From: Lingula anatina
Lineage: Eukaryota; Animalia; Brachiopoda
DNA length: 64,000 nucleotides
NCBI GenBank assembly: GCA_051362555.1
Contig: CM120640.1
Span: 53,732,788 to 53,796,787, forward strand
Direction of reading: 5' to 3'
A model generated the notes under the pieces. That model made no database searches. It worked only from the letters and a program-made list of their open reading frames with translations, and was not told the origin of the DNA. The translations under genes and the position numbers were made by a program. Every line of letters starts with the position of its first letter. Positions within the stretch are counted from its first letter, which is position 1. Shown here in pieces: positions 40,075-54,500 of the stretch.

Positions 40075-43000
40075 ATGGAGTATATGCGGTCGAGCAGTGG
40101 TAAGTTCTGTTGTTGTTAGACATGGTAAGTTTGGGAATGTACATGTATACTTCTTTTCTGGTGACTGTTGTCGATCTTTTGCATCAACCGACCAAATTGT
40201 CATTTTTCTGTCACCTGTAGAAGAGTAGTTTGCACATTTGAGAACACTGTGTCATGTTTATGGTTCACTGTTCAAGTGTTGGTCAATATGGCAATTGGGC
40301 ATTGCATGGTATATTTCCTTGGTTAGTTCACGTCACTTTTGGACATTAGATTTCCAAGTGATTTCACTCATATGCCAGCATTGGTAAGTAAGCTTGTAGA
40401 CAAATCAAGCCCTTTATATTATTTTATGACTTATGCTTACTATCTGAATGAGCTAAGCATTTCATAGGCAGATGGTACTCTTTATATCCAAAGGTAGCTG
40501 AGTGGAACCCAACAAAAAAGGTGACAGTAAGCAGGAAACTGGGAACTTTATGTATATGAACCTTTGCTGCTATTAGTGAGTCCTACCTAATAAGACAATC
40601 AGCGGGAAAGGTTTATGCAAAGACACTTAGACCTATCGGTATTTCAAATATGATTTTTTTTATCAAAAAGTCAACAGTCATGGCCTACTCACTAATACCA
40701 GCTGATAAGGGTCTAAAAAATCAGCTTAGCCAACAGTTAGATTATTATTTTTTTTTTTCTTGTTAGTATAGCAAAAAAATAAGATCTTTAAATTTTTTGC
40801 TTTAAAACATGTATTTTTGCATTTATTGTACTTCTTTGTATTGTGACAGTAGTTGTCTTTGATTCTTAAGTATCATATCATATTGGCTGTGTGTTAGTTC
40901 AGTATAATACTATGACTGATCAGGAAAGAGGTGTCAGATGCTTGGTAGTAATTAGAACAATTTTGGAAGGGAATTTACTGTTTACAGTTTACCAGGTTCT
41001 ACAAAAATAATAAGGATATCATAAAGCAGACTTAAACATTTTTCAACTGCATGTAAATTTACTTTAAGAAATTTTTTCTTTAGTGTTAAAAATAATTTTA
41101 TTACAAAAAGTGAGAGAGAAATGAGTTGTAAATAAAAATCAATTGATGGTAAAGGTCTTTATGATCAACATTTCTTTTCACACAGTATCACACAGCAGCT
41201 CAAACCCCTATATGGATGGAGTGCCCTTTAAGATCTCAGAAGCCACCAAACCTCCGAGTAAGGTAAGTCATGTTAGCTAGACTTTGAGGGTCACTTCTAA
41301 AGACGGTCACTTCTAAAGTGTCACTTAAAGTGCATAAACCTTGTTTTTTTTAACTTATCTGAGGACAAATGGTACTTTTTGGTAATTTGAAAAACGGGTG
41401 CCATGAATTAATGTGGCCCAAAATAATCTGATTTATCACTTCGTGACCTCATCACCTGTCAATGATGTGATGGTAGAATTTGAAAAGAAAATGCTTTAAA
41501 AACTGTGGATTAAGGACTTTTTGATTTTCCCAAATTGTTACAAACATACTGTGAATGTCAGGAAAGAGGGTCAGAAGTTGGTTTGTTGAAGAAAAATGCC
41601 GTTTATCTGAGAATTTTTTTTTAATATGAGTTTGCAGGAAAATCTTACACTGGGCACCTTTAACTACAGGCAACACGTTGAAAATTTTAAAAAATTTAGA
41701 ACTATAATAATGGACGATAATACTGTGAAAAGTCTGGGTAACTTCCACAGAGGGATGTGACGAATAAAGGACATCATTCTGTTTTAGGTTTCACTTCCTC
41801 TGAGTTTCCAAATGCCAGATCCCAGGAACATTTTATCAGAAATGGTAAGTTTCTTAATTACATTATTGAATAGCAAGTTGACTGAAGAATGCCTCAAGGA
41901 TAGGCACAGGCAACTTATTGTCTTGAATTGTCTTGAATCTGATTTATTGTTAACATCAATTTTGCCATTGTAAACAAATTAACATCAGACTGTTTACCAG
42001 TACCACCTGAAATGTAAATAGTGGTGAAAGTATTTGTTTGAGGACTTGGTTAGTTGGTTTTATCAAATACTATTATAGGTCATGTTTCAATTGTATTTAT
42101 ATTAATAACAAGTACAGCATACAAAATAGTTGTGATGCATGACCTAATTTGACGTATTTGTTTGATTTCAGTATGATTTTGAAGTAGAACAAGCCGTTCT
42201 GAATTATGCAGAGGCACAGAGAGAAGCTGAAGAAGAATTGGAAATTTCTAGAGAGGAACAAATTAACCAACTGGAGAATAATGAGTATAATATGCATACA
42301 ACAGAAAGAGGAGAATGCCCAAACAGTTCTGACCATGTGGGACAGCCAGTAGAAAATGCTCACTTGAAACAAAATGGACATATTGGACACCCAGAGAAAG
42401 TCAATCCATTACTGGCCAACATAAGTAGTGATATTCTCACTCCTGTTCCCATTGCCAGGGACAGAGTGAACACAGATGAAAACAGAGATGCACAGAATGC
42501 TAGAATAAACCTAGCAGACTTTGAAAATGAACAGGACCCTTTTGATAACTTAACCCTGCAGACAATCAATGATAGAGAGGAGTTAAAGAATTTGTTTTCT
42601 GTGTCCTCTCAGGAAAACGACAACAGGCTAGTAGCCAATGGGATTGGTCATAATTGTGAAGAAAATACAAACAATTCAAATATTCACAGTCAAAACATGG
42701 GCAAGGAAATTAATGGTGGTGAGAATGTAGAAGTTGACTCTGTTGGAGTAACATTACAAACTTCCATAGATAGAGTTTCCTACAAACCGCATGTAACGCA
42801 AAAACCAAATATAAACACTGGTGTCCTAAGAAATGGGGGACCCGGAACTCATAAGGAAGTTTTAGTACAGAAAAGAAGAAGTTTGCCAGAAAGTAAAATT
42901 CCCAAGCTGCCTCCAATTGGTGCTATGCCAGCTTTGGTTAGTTCTCCACTCCCTCCTATTGGAGCGGGAAATAAAGTCTCAGACTGTGACTCTACACTCA

Positions 43001-45806
43001 CTAATTCAAACCTAAAATTTGGAGAACCTTCTGTGCTTTCTTCTTGGGATGGCAGTCGGTCAACTCAGACCTCGTATGGACGGTACAGCAGACATGACAG
43101 TGCAATTCATGAAAGCTTAAACCTGGAAAAATCAAACATAACTGCTAGCTTTAGTGCTAGCTCAGGACCATCATTTCAGGATTCCCGGAGGAGCTCACGC
43201 AGTACCCCAGACATATCCCAGGTAGAGAGGGCTCCATTAAGTCCTTATCTTACAACAAAGTCTCCCCCATCACGGGTGTCTTCTGGCCAGGTGAGCCAGG
43301 AAGGTGTGGTCTTGGTTGACAGTGTGTCATGCAGTGCTAGTGTTAGTATGCTTTCTTGCTTAACACCTTCAGTAAATAATGCTGGTGGGTGGGTGGGGGG
43401 GGGGGGGGTGGGTGGGTGGGGGGGGGGTGCTGGGTGATTATTTTAGGTCAGACAGAAGAATGAAGCATGCACAGTTATATAACAGGGCCCCCAGTTCACA
43501 CTACATTTGAACAAAACAAGATGGCTGTCTGGATAGTTAAACTGACTGAGAGAGTTAGGGTACTGAGACCCCATTCGGATATCTACACAACACTACTTGG
43601 GTTGGTCCAACTCTGAAGGCGATTCTTGTAATTTGCAATCAGTGGAATCGGCTTAAAAGCCTCAAGCAGCCAGGCAGTAATTTACCCGAGCGCACACAAA
43701 ATGTTCAACCTTCAATTTGGCCAGCCTTCAATTTGGAAGTAACTCGCTCGCGCTGCCAGTAATTACGCTGCGGGGTATTCAGGGCACAGACCGTGATCAC
43801 AAGATACCGCCAATAGATTTTTAGATTTTTAGAAAATAGATTTTTCATGTGAACGAACCCTTATTTGTACAGTCATCAGAAACGTGATGAGCAGAAACGT
43901 ATTTTAAAACAAATAGATTTTTTGGTCATTTGATTAAAATGATAATTTTGGTGGGTAAGCTAGACTTTTGTAGACTTCTTTGTCAATTAAAGCCCTTAAC
44001 AGATGCATGTTAATCCTAGTTTTAATAAGTTCATGAATGCTGGTTGAATACTGATGTATTAGGACTACCCTTGAGGTCAAAATCACATTTCAGTTTCAAC
44101 CTGTAAAAGTGTTTGTAGAAGATTTGTATTTAGTTGAATTTTTAACCCATCATGTTTTGATGTTTTAGAATGTCACGATCTTTCAAACTTTGACTTTCAC
44201 CCTCCACTTTTTGATGGAGGAAAACACTTTGCAAGTGTACCTTAGATTTGCCCTTTTGATTTTTTTCTTTGTATATGCTGTCATATAATCTATAAAAATA
44301 ACATCACAATTTGCACGACTTTATTAAAAATTATAACTGCCTTTATAACAAAGTGATGCATGCTGTTGCTGATAATACAATTTGTAGAATTTGGAGCGCA
44401 GCAACTTAGTACAAATTCTAGTTTTATGAAGTTCACAGTAACTTGAAACTTGGTGCACTGTACACATTAGTCTTGTCTCAAGTAGTGAAAAGTATAGAAA
44501 TATAGTTACAAAGATATCCCTTTCCATCCTGATTTTAGTTCTTATTCATGAGACATTCATGTGTCTAAATGATTTACAAATTACAAACCTGAAAATGACA
44601 ACATGCAAGTGAGGGCAAAACATACTAAGGGTGGATTTTTTCCTGGTTACACTCAAAGATAACTCTTGTGAACACCAAGAACGAAACACAATCACAAAAT
44701 TCAGTTCAATTAAATATGAAATCAGTGACAAGAAAAAGATGTTGAAATTTTTAATATGTTAACATGACATGAAACAATTTAAGGGAAAAAAATTAACCAT
44801 TCTTCCTTCTATTATGCCATACAGGCTTGGAACAGGTACTCTCCTCTTCCCAGTACTCCTCAGACGTCCAGTCCGCCACAGGCAGGTCCTGCCAGGGCCA
44901 CTCCACCTCCTAGACCAGCACCAAGAGAAAGAAATCCATATAGTAAACTGTCCAATGAATCCCAGAGGCTGGTTGACAGTGTTGTTAGTATGGGGTTTCC
45001 TCAAGCCAGGGTGGCAAGAGCTGTGGAAAAACTGGGAATGGATGATAAACAGGTGAGTTGTCAGGATGGTATGTTGACAGTCCTTCAGCTGAATTCTCAC
45101 TTACATGGGATAATGGTGACAATTTTTAATAACTTAGATGACAAAAACTGTAAAATATTTGAGTGCCTTTTTTTAAATTGATGGGGAATATTTGCATGTT
45201 TTAGGTGGTGGATCACTTGTGTCATCTTGGCAGTCTACTGGAGAAGGGATACACAGCTGCTGATGCAGAAGACGCATTATTCTCATTTCCAGAACAGGAT
45301 ACAAAGGTATGAACTGGATCAAAAAATAACACTTCTTTTCATAAATAGTTTAAGTAAAATATAATCTCATCTAAGTCTAATAATCAGACAGTGAAGAATA
45401 ATTCACTATTTGCAGTAGGTCAGTTTTTTCCTGTACTTCTTATAACACTGAGAACTCCCAGCATCTCACTTCATTTTATCTCAACATCTGTCTGAATCAA
45501 CCATGTAGTTTCTCTCTACTCAGAAAATCCTTTTGTCATTCATTAAGTAGGAGGTCCTGCAACATAGCATTCATTGTAAACATCCAAATAATTACCAATA
45601 GTTGTTCATTTAACAAATTAAAGCTGCTGAGGTTATTATGAAAAATCTTATGTATCTTTTTATTATTTGTATTTTAGGTTAAAGACTATCTTGAAATGTT
45701 AACCAACTTTAAACAGATGGGATTTCACCCTGCAAAAGTCAAGGAAGCTCTAGTAAAACATAATTGTGACAAGGATAAAGCTTTGGATCAACTAACACAG
45801 TTGTAG
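40075..45806 (+). CDS. UBAP1: Ubiquitin-associated protein 1 (ESCRT-I subunit), ~578 aa; exons 40075-40099, 41186-41262, 41788-41844, 42172-43290, 44825-45052, 45205-45306, 45678-45806
   Basis: N-terminal UMA domain PYMDGVPFKISE...VSLPLSF...YDFEVEQ; conserved central motif DFENEQDPFDNLTLQTINDREELKNL; C-terminal SOUBA (MGFPQARVARAVEKLG...EKGY...FKQMGFHPAKVKEALVKHNCDKDKALDQL). All introns are GT-AG and in phase. Confidence 0.93.
43384..43434 (+). repeat. G-rich tract (potential G-quadruplex) near the 5' end of UBAP1 intron 4
   Basis: ggtgggtgggtggggggggggggggtgggtgggtgggggggggg, ~95 nt after the donor at 43291. Confidence 0.7.
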
Positions 45807-47051
45807 TTGGACAGTATAGGAAATTTGTAAGCAGTCCCTAAAAGCAGAGATGCTTCTTTTTCAAAATTGCTACTGTAAAGGAATTTTGATACTTGCTTTT
45901 AGATGAAATTGAAATGGATACACAAAAAGTATGTATGTTCCCAAGGTTGAAGACAAGGTTTTTGTAGCAAAAATAATATTGACAGACTGATATTGATGAC
46001 CTTTTTATTTCATGTTAGTTGTGCATTACTGTACTTGAGAATTTCTATTTCTCTATTCATGGTTTTTTTTGTTACAACAGATCTTTTTCATGCCAATTAT
46101 TGGTTAACAACCCCTTAGATATACAATGACATAAAAATTTGGGTGATAGCTTTTTTCTTACATTTCATCAAGACCTGCAAACAGTTTTCTTATCATAGCT
46201 TCCCTGCTTACTTGTGCTCACATAGCTTGTCTTCGTATCATCCTCCTGTAGCCTGTCAAGCTGATAGTACCAAGTACTATTTACTGTACAAATTAATGTA
46301 TTGTTACTCTTTCTAATTTAGACTAAAAACTGATTCTGCTCACCTTGACAGCTTTTACTAGGTATATTAAATCTAGTGTACTTCTTCCATATTAAGTTTG
46401 TAGGTTTGTCCAGTTCTCTGCATTTTAATCAAGATGCCATGTGCATGTATGTTATTTTCTTCTTAAGAGTGATTTGTTTGTTCATATTGCATTGCATTGC
46501 ATTTTATTTTATTGTTGTAAACTGCAGGTTTTGAAGAAAAGGGATGGAAATTACAGTCACGTTAATGTCTTAAAAGGGGAGGTGACATATATATTATTTC
46601 AGATTTCCCTATTCTTGTTAAACATGCAGGATGTGCTATCTGTGATATATTTACAATACAGGGGTGCTTTTTGCAGATATACATCATGTATTGCCACTGT
46701 GACAATGTTTTAGGATAAATTACTAGTTTGTTGTTCCAGGCTACAAAGTGTGTAGTTTGTAGAAAATGGCGATCACCCGAACAAATTGATAACTTCACAG
46801 AGATTTGTCACCCTCATTTGTTATTTTAATGGTAGTCTTTAATAGATGTCTAACATGGTGCAAACAGGGTAAAAAAATTTTTGAATAGCAGAGATAAACA
46901 ATGAAGCACTTAAAATTTATAGTTTCCTGTGCACCAGCCTTCAATTGCTCATAATCCATGAAGGGTATATGCTTAGAAATCCTGGATATATTCCTTTTTT
47001 TTTTTTTTTTTTTTTGATAAATAGCATGTTTGGATTTGTGCAATCAAGCAG

Positions 47052-47120
47052 AATAAAGTCTGCATTTGAATAACATCAAGTGCAAATATACTGATATTGG
47101 TGTTGTATAGTGTGTTGTGT
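47052..47120 (+). terminator. Probable UBAP1 polyadenylation signal (AATAAA plus downstream GT-rich element)
   Basis: AATAAA at 47052-47057 followed by tggtgttgtatagtgtgttgtgtg about 40 nt later. Confidence 0.5.
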
Positions 47121-48529
47121 GACATTGCATGTTTAAATATCAGTTTTATTTATTTTAAAACTCCTGTCATTTTTCTGTATTTTATACAAGTTTTTCACAA
47201 CTAAATTTAATTTTGGCCAAGAAAAAGGAAATTTCCCAATTTTCTCTTCAGCCCATCGTACTGGACTTGGATGCTTCAGTGTACGATTCTATTTTAAAGA
47301 GAAGTGATTTTATTTAGATCAACACTCCCTCCTGACATTTTACATGGAAACAACATCAGGTTCTGCCATTTTAGGAGTTTATCATTTTTCAGGTCTTTGC
47401 AGGATATTTTAATATCTTAAAAGACAAAAATATGGCTTGGGGACATTTTAAATCACATTATATATATATATATATATTATACCCGTAAAAACGAGGACCT
47501 GATAATTTGTCCTCCTTTTTTTTTCATCCAACGATAACCCAGCTCTCTTCAACAATAATCTAACCAAAATGCATCTAAAGAGAAAGAAATCCATCACTTG
47601 TGCTGTTCATAGCCATAATCTCAAGAGCCATTTTTGGATAACATATTGGGCTTAAAAATGCCAGCTCCCTTGAGACTTTGTAGACATTTGTGTACCAGGA
47701 ATGAACCCCATGTGACACGCGGAAAATGTCCATGAAGAGATAATAAGCCATTTGCTGCGATTTCCTATGGACATTGATGTCTAGGTTTAATGACTAGATA
47801 CAGAATATATAAAACAACTATAAACCTGATATGAAGTGTATCCTGTTAGTGGCTAGACAAATAAACATCTACCTTACAAAATGTAGAATATGATAAATTA
47901 AGAAACTTGTCTTTAAAAACCTCTAACAAAGCAGGGTGCCATTACTCTTAGTTGTAGATGGCCCAGGAGCTCAAATATCTTTCTAGTGTTGTTAATATTG
48001 CAAACCTGCCCAGTGTCCACAATTTACTCAAGCAATCAGAGTTGTGGTACAATTGAACAGGAAATAAAATGACTCTTAGATTGTTTTATAATTTACAATT
48101 AAAGTGTCCCTTTAATATTTATTGCTGCAAAATATTTAACAATTATAAACTTCAGTATATGTTGACATATGCTTTTGAATAGACATCGTTAATTTTTAAT
48201 TTAACATAATTTGTTTCCAAAATACGCACATTTAAGAAAAAATTATTGGAAGCTTTGAATATTTTAGTTTCACAATTTAACAAGTTGTTATGTTCATAAA
48301 CTTCACTATACCAACTTCTTAATGGATGGTGTATAAATTAATATAGATGCTCAATCATCTACCCAAATAATTCCAGGCTTGCACTACTTAAGTGTACTTA
48401 TCCTACAAAAATCAATACCTGATTAATAAAGAAAACTGCTGTCTAATATCAGATTACAAGACATAGCACCTGAACTCACTATATTTTTCTTACTTTTGAC
48501 TTTTTAAAAAAATGTCACAAAAATGCTAT

Positions 48530-51500
48530 CTATGTGTGTCTCAACTTTGTCGTTTTTGCTTTCCCAGGTTTATCCAAGGCTTGTTGCTTCTTGGAAATGG
48601 TTTTGGAGGAATTGGCATATTTCTTCTTGTCATCCCTGTAAAAAAATAAAACTAATGAAAAGCCCAATTAGACAGAATAAGGAACAGCTGCTATAGATCT
48701 TAATACAGTTCCAATGTGACAGTTCTGCAATGTGATGATCCATCGCCAGACACACTGGCATTTTGGGAATACAATGTTATTAAGAATATAACTATGTCAC
48801 TGTAAATCATCAAATGACACATGATAGTCTTCCAAGTTGTATGCAGTATGCATGACAACACAATCACAACCTCACAGAACTGATTTTCTCTAAACAATGA
48901 ACTTTATATAATCCTTAATTGACTCACATCAAAACTCAAAAAGAAACCTGCCTGGCCCTACAATTAATCAGTCTTAAATATCCAAACAATGGCTGCAAGG
49001 ATTAATGAGAATTAATTAGTGGGCACTATATTACCTAACATACTTAACTGTCAGTGTCAGTCATCGTTGGCTCTGTGCCACATTTACTGTACAGTAACTA
49101 CCATCTTTAAACAAATTTTTCTCAGAGAGTTTTAATTTTTTCTGTAAGTTTTCAACTGTACAGTGGTTAGGAGTGCAAGAGAAATGACAAGCTCATTGGT
49201 GTAACTAATTTTGTTAACTGTTTTAACAAGATCCCTACCTGCTCATTGCAATCTTATCTCTGCATCCTTTCCCACCCTCCCAATGCTTGGTAGACACTTT
49301 CTTCAGGTGACTGTGACAGCTTATACAAGGACGCTCATTAGAATAGGGCTGGAACAGGACATCATCATTTTCAAAAAGACATTTTTCATGTTCAAATCTC
49401 AATGCTAGGGCATTTAAACACTTTAAATGCACAAGATATTTTAGAGAAATTAAAATTTTGAGCATGTGCTCCTATGTACGTCATTTGAGATTATATATAC
49501 TGGATGTTTACAGGCATTTAATAGAGCATTTCATCCATAATTGGTCTGAACTAAATTTAAATAAACAATAATTTAATGAACTAGTAGAGTAAGATTCTCA
49601 CTGATCAATTGATAAAATGGAAGCTGATATTTGAAAGCACATCACAACATTTACCTGTTCTTTGGCACAAAATCCACACACCATCCTATTGGCAAACTTC
49701 ATCTCGTGGTCCCCTTCCTTGTCATCATGGCAGACGTCACATGGATAGCACTTACCACAGCAAGGAAATCTGAAAAAGTTCAAAGTATAAAGTGAAGGTA
49801 TCCTTTTTTTAAATATTTTAATATATTAAGAAATCTTTCATTGTTGTGTTCATAAGAGGAAGTCGGGTTTAATGGGCTGTGTAAAAACTTACAAAAATAT
49901 ATAATTCCGGGAAAAGAGAGATTATCTTTTGGCTTTTGACTTGGTGAAAAATGGCACAGAATATAAAATATTGTCAAAAAATTGTACTCTCTATGGAGTA
50001 CTTGTCTTTTTTTCATACCAGATTCAATACAAAATATGAAACCAATTTCATGTGCAATGTATAAAATCCAGTAATATATTTCTACTGGCTTCTAACAAAA
50101 AGAGGCGTTAATAAACAAAGTGTGGCACGTCATTGTAAGTAAGGAATGAAGTACAAGCCCACTTTATTAGTATAGTTTGCACTTCTAGAAATATCCAAGT
50201 CCAAACTGTCATTTTGTACTGGTTTGTTAATCAAAGACACTTCTGTAGTGATTTGTCAATATTGAACTGCCCACTGACAATAAAAATCAACCGTAAATGT
50301 AGACAACAGAAGATATTCAACTGGTCTTACACCAGCCTCAGTCAAGATACTTCATCAGGAGACAAAATAAGCTAAAACATTGGAATATCTCTGTGCACTT
50401 AATTTCACATCATAATAAAATAACCTACTGCATCTGAGCTTAAATAAATAGTTTGGGCAGTTACTCTTTTAGACCCTGTTTTGGTTAAAATAATGGATTT
50501 CACTCAAAAAAAAATTGTTTTTAATTATGCAATCTGATCATCCTTGACCAAGTGCATTTCATGCTCCTCAAGATGCATAGCCGAGATGAAGCAAGTGTGG
50601 TTATGGATTTCATATCACCTTGTTGCTCCAATCTCAACTTAACTTACAGTTTACTTCATCAAAAAAGCAAGAGTGAAGTGATGCCAAAATGTAATGTTTT
50701 ATGTTGTAACACTCTCACCTAACAAAATGCCTGAAGTTGCTTGAAGGGCTAACAAGCCACTGTACAAACCAGGTTAAATATGCATCTCCATACACCTTAC
50801 TTCAATATGCTTCTATAACCATTAAGTAAATATGCACCACTACTTCTAAATAATTTGTTTGTACTCATCCTAGTTTTAACAAAAATAAGTAGCTAATCCA
50901 CTCCTGATAGATCAAAGATATATACATTTTGAGACTTTACAACATCATATTATCAAAATGAAACACCGACTGTATAACAATTGAAAATTCACTCTAGATT
51001 TCATCTTCAATCAAATCCTTGGGACATGTTTATTTATTTTGTATCATGTCCCTATCTGATAACCTTATTTTTATGGTAGAACTAATGAAAAGCAAACAAA
51101 GTATTCCCAGATAAAATAAAGTTTATTGAGCTACTGAACCCTAAAAAATGCAAAATGTACGTGACCAGCATATCTCAAGTGTAGTCTGCAAAGGAAGCAT
51201 TTTATCTGCTAGAAAAGCAACACATAAATGAAAAAGAATGTCCTGTCAAAACATTGCCCCATTAGCCCGCAGATTAACCAAGTTTCACAGTCTTCTTAAT
51301 GTTGAGAATGCAGTTACTTTCATCATTTTCGAGATGAGAAATACTGAACAGCTTTCAGCTAACAAAACTAATTACTATGTTAAGGAATTACTTATCTCTT
51401 GAGGGCCAGTCCATTTTGGTGGAACATTTCCAGAACAAATTCTAGCCAGTGTTCATGAGGTCTGAAACATACTGTTCTAGTGATCAGATACCTCAGTAAC

Positions 51501-54500
51501 GAATGGACAAATAGTTTCAATTTTCCTTTATAATTTCCTTCTTTGCCTGATGATGAAACACACTTAAAAAGAGGCAAAAGGTAAATCTGACCTCTTTATT
51601 GCATAGGACAGCAAAAATGAATACATGTTTAAGAATAAAAACAGAAGTTAAATATTTTCAAACTTCAAGCAACATAGTCCTTAAAATGTCCACATATCTA
51701 ACTGCCACATATCTACATAGCAGATAACATTCTTGTTCATGCCATATTTTATACTGGATTACAAAAAATGAATGCATCACCATTTAAACATCAACATATA
51801 GCCAGATGTACAGTTGAATAACTATAAAATATTTCTGAATGATTATGTTCCTTTCTTAAAGCTCAATATTCTACAGATCTAAAGAAAAGGAAACTTACTT
51901 TCAGTATAACTTATACATTACGACATAACATCCAATGAAATTTAATTAACTACGATTAAAAATTGGTCAAAGATACAATATCAATATTGAATGTACTGAA
52001 AAAAAAAGGAAAGAAAAGGGTTTTACTGATGCTTTCCAATGAGTATTCAATTCTCTGATTATGATATATATATATGTACACTGTATGTATATAATACTGC
52101 CAGACAATGGCTAATAGATAATGGCTAAACAAACATCTTATATTTGGAAATACCCACCAAACATAATAAAAAAGGATGATAGTAAGATAAGTATGATTGT
52201 AACATCAATCCATTAATCTGGTATCAGCTGTTACATGTAATAATAAGCACATATAACAAATACATATAAATATATATTAAAATCTAGACCCTATTGAGTT
52301 ATCATCACTTTGCTGCCCTTCAGGATAGGGGCCACTCTGCCCTTGGTGGCTCATAGAAAACTCAGCCTGAACCTTTATTTCACTGCCACAAGAAAATATA
52401 CTATGCAGGCGTGCATTAAAATTTGTGTTCAACAGGCAGTACAGCACAAAATTCATAGTATAATTCAAAATTTCTAGTATGTTTGCTACTAGTCTGAAAG
52501 CAAAGTATTCTAATTTAAAGAGAGAACACTCGCCAAATATGCCTTTGTATATGATAGTGTGAGCAAATGTTACTGGTATACTCCCAATAAGGAAGGCAAA
52601 TACTACTGCAATCAACATGGCTGCAAGACGAACTTGAGTGCGCTGTTTCCGCATCTGAACAGTCTGTTGGATGACCATGGATTTTCTCTTTTTCTCCATT
52701 TTGTATACATGCTTGATGAGATACATGTTCAGGACAGCCAACAAAATAATAGGAATAAATTTGGTCAAAGCTGCTCGAATCCATGAAAGTACAAAAAATC
52801 CAGTGTCTAAACTAATTAGGGTTGGAGTTTTCACATTGCTGCTGTTTATATAATTTTGAAAGAAATACATCACATTAGCTGCCATTGAACACAAAACTAA
52901 AAGTCCAACAACTTTCCAGACAACAGAAGACTTGCATATCTTTTTGGACTTGACAGGAAATTTGATCATTATACACCTCTCAACAGCCACAGCAACTGTT
53001 ATCCATGCACTACAAGTGCCAAAAATGTTACCAAACGGCAGATAAATATAGACTTCATAAAATGCCCGTGTATACATGTCCTCCCCAACACAGTTGGTGC
53101 ACCGTACAAAAGCAATTGGTGCCACTATAAGACAGGTTAGTCCATCAGCAACAGCTAGGGCCTTTAGGTAGGCATACGATGAGCCTTTCAATGGGCTGTG
53201 CTTTCCACATAGTACAAATAAATTGAGAACATTCAAAATTACTCCAAATAAACTGATGACTGGAATGATGTATACATATCCAACATGTTCCATAACATCT
53301 ATTATCTGTTGTGTTTCATTTTCTATCATTTGGCAGTTTGATCCATATGTTTCATTTTCCATGTTAGAAATTTTTTTAATATTCCTTAGCAACAGATTGA
53401 CTTCCACAATTTTTTTTCAATGTGGTAAATAGATTAAATTTGCCATCAAGCTCAATATCTCACCACTATTCACAAAAACTCCCAACAGAATAAGATTTTG
53501 CCTTCCTGAATTTTCATAAAAGTCTCATGGTACAACAACACACTTCAAAGGGGTCTATGGTTATATGTCTTACTGGCTCTTTCTTCAGCCAAATGTACAG
53601 TTCAATGAAGTTTTTCAGCTTCAGTCCACTACAGATCAATTTTCCTTCTCAACAGCAAAAATTTTGATAAAAGTTAACTAGAGATTCAAATCATCCTTCT
53701 GATGCAATCCTTTTATATTCCCTCCTCTGAGTAACAACATTCAATTTAACTTCAATACATTATGCATAAATTTCCTCGCGTTAGTTCATGTGTATTTGTC
53801 ACATTAATCAAGTCATTTTGCTGCTGGTCTTCATGCAAAATGTTCAGCTGTTACTTTAAAAACATCCATTCAGTCAATGAAATGTCTCTAGTGAAAAAAC
53901 ATAAACATCAGGCATCAATAAATTATCATTTCAGTAAATTTGCCTTTATTTTGGTATTCATACAATAACAAATCCTGTTTTTCAAAAATGTGCCTATTCA
54001 AGGAAGTGCCATGATTCCTTGGAAAAAAACAATTTCCTTTTGAACAGTCTGTTTTTTTTTTCTCACAGAGTTACAAAACTTCCACATCTAAGGAAGCCTC
54101 ACATTTCCTCGAAAACATACATTTCCTGTTATAAGCCATACATCCACCTATCACCTTCCTGTAAACAGAAAGTCAAGCTTGATTAGTTTTCAAACCTTCA
54201 GTATAGTAGGTATTTCAGCTCCTAGTTCACAACTAAAGTATGAACTACTGCAGCCAATGAGTGTTTTCCTACCAAAATCAGCAATAGTATGTGATCTCTC
54301 ACAGGTTAGCAATAAAAATGTAGCTTGTCTTTAGAATCCATATATTATAAACTGGAGCACAGAGGGCTGACTGACTTCAGTGCTTGTTGAAGTAAGTTTA
54401 GCTGAAATAGTCTCTCTACAAAGGAACCACTGGCTATACCCAGAGTCAGTGTATGATTGTACCAGCATCCACCAGCATATATGAACAGCGTGTCATTCAC

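Noticed and set aside
42238-43437. 399-aa single ORF as a stand-alone gene
   Set aside because: It is UBAP1 exon 4 (42172-43290) plus intron read-through; the Gly-rich tail is the intronic G-tract.
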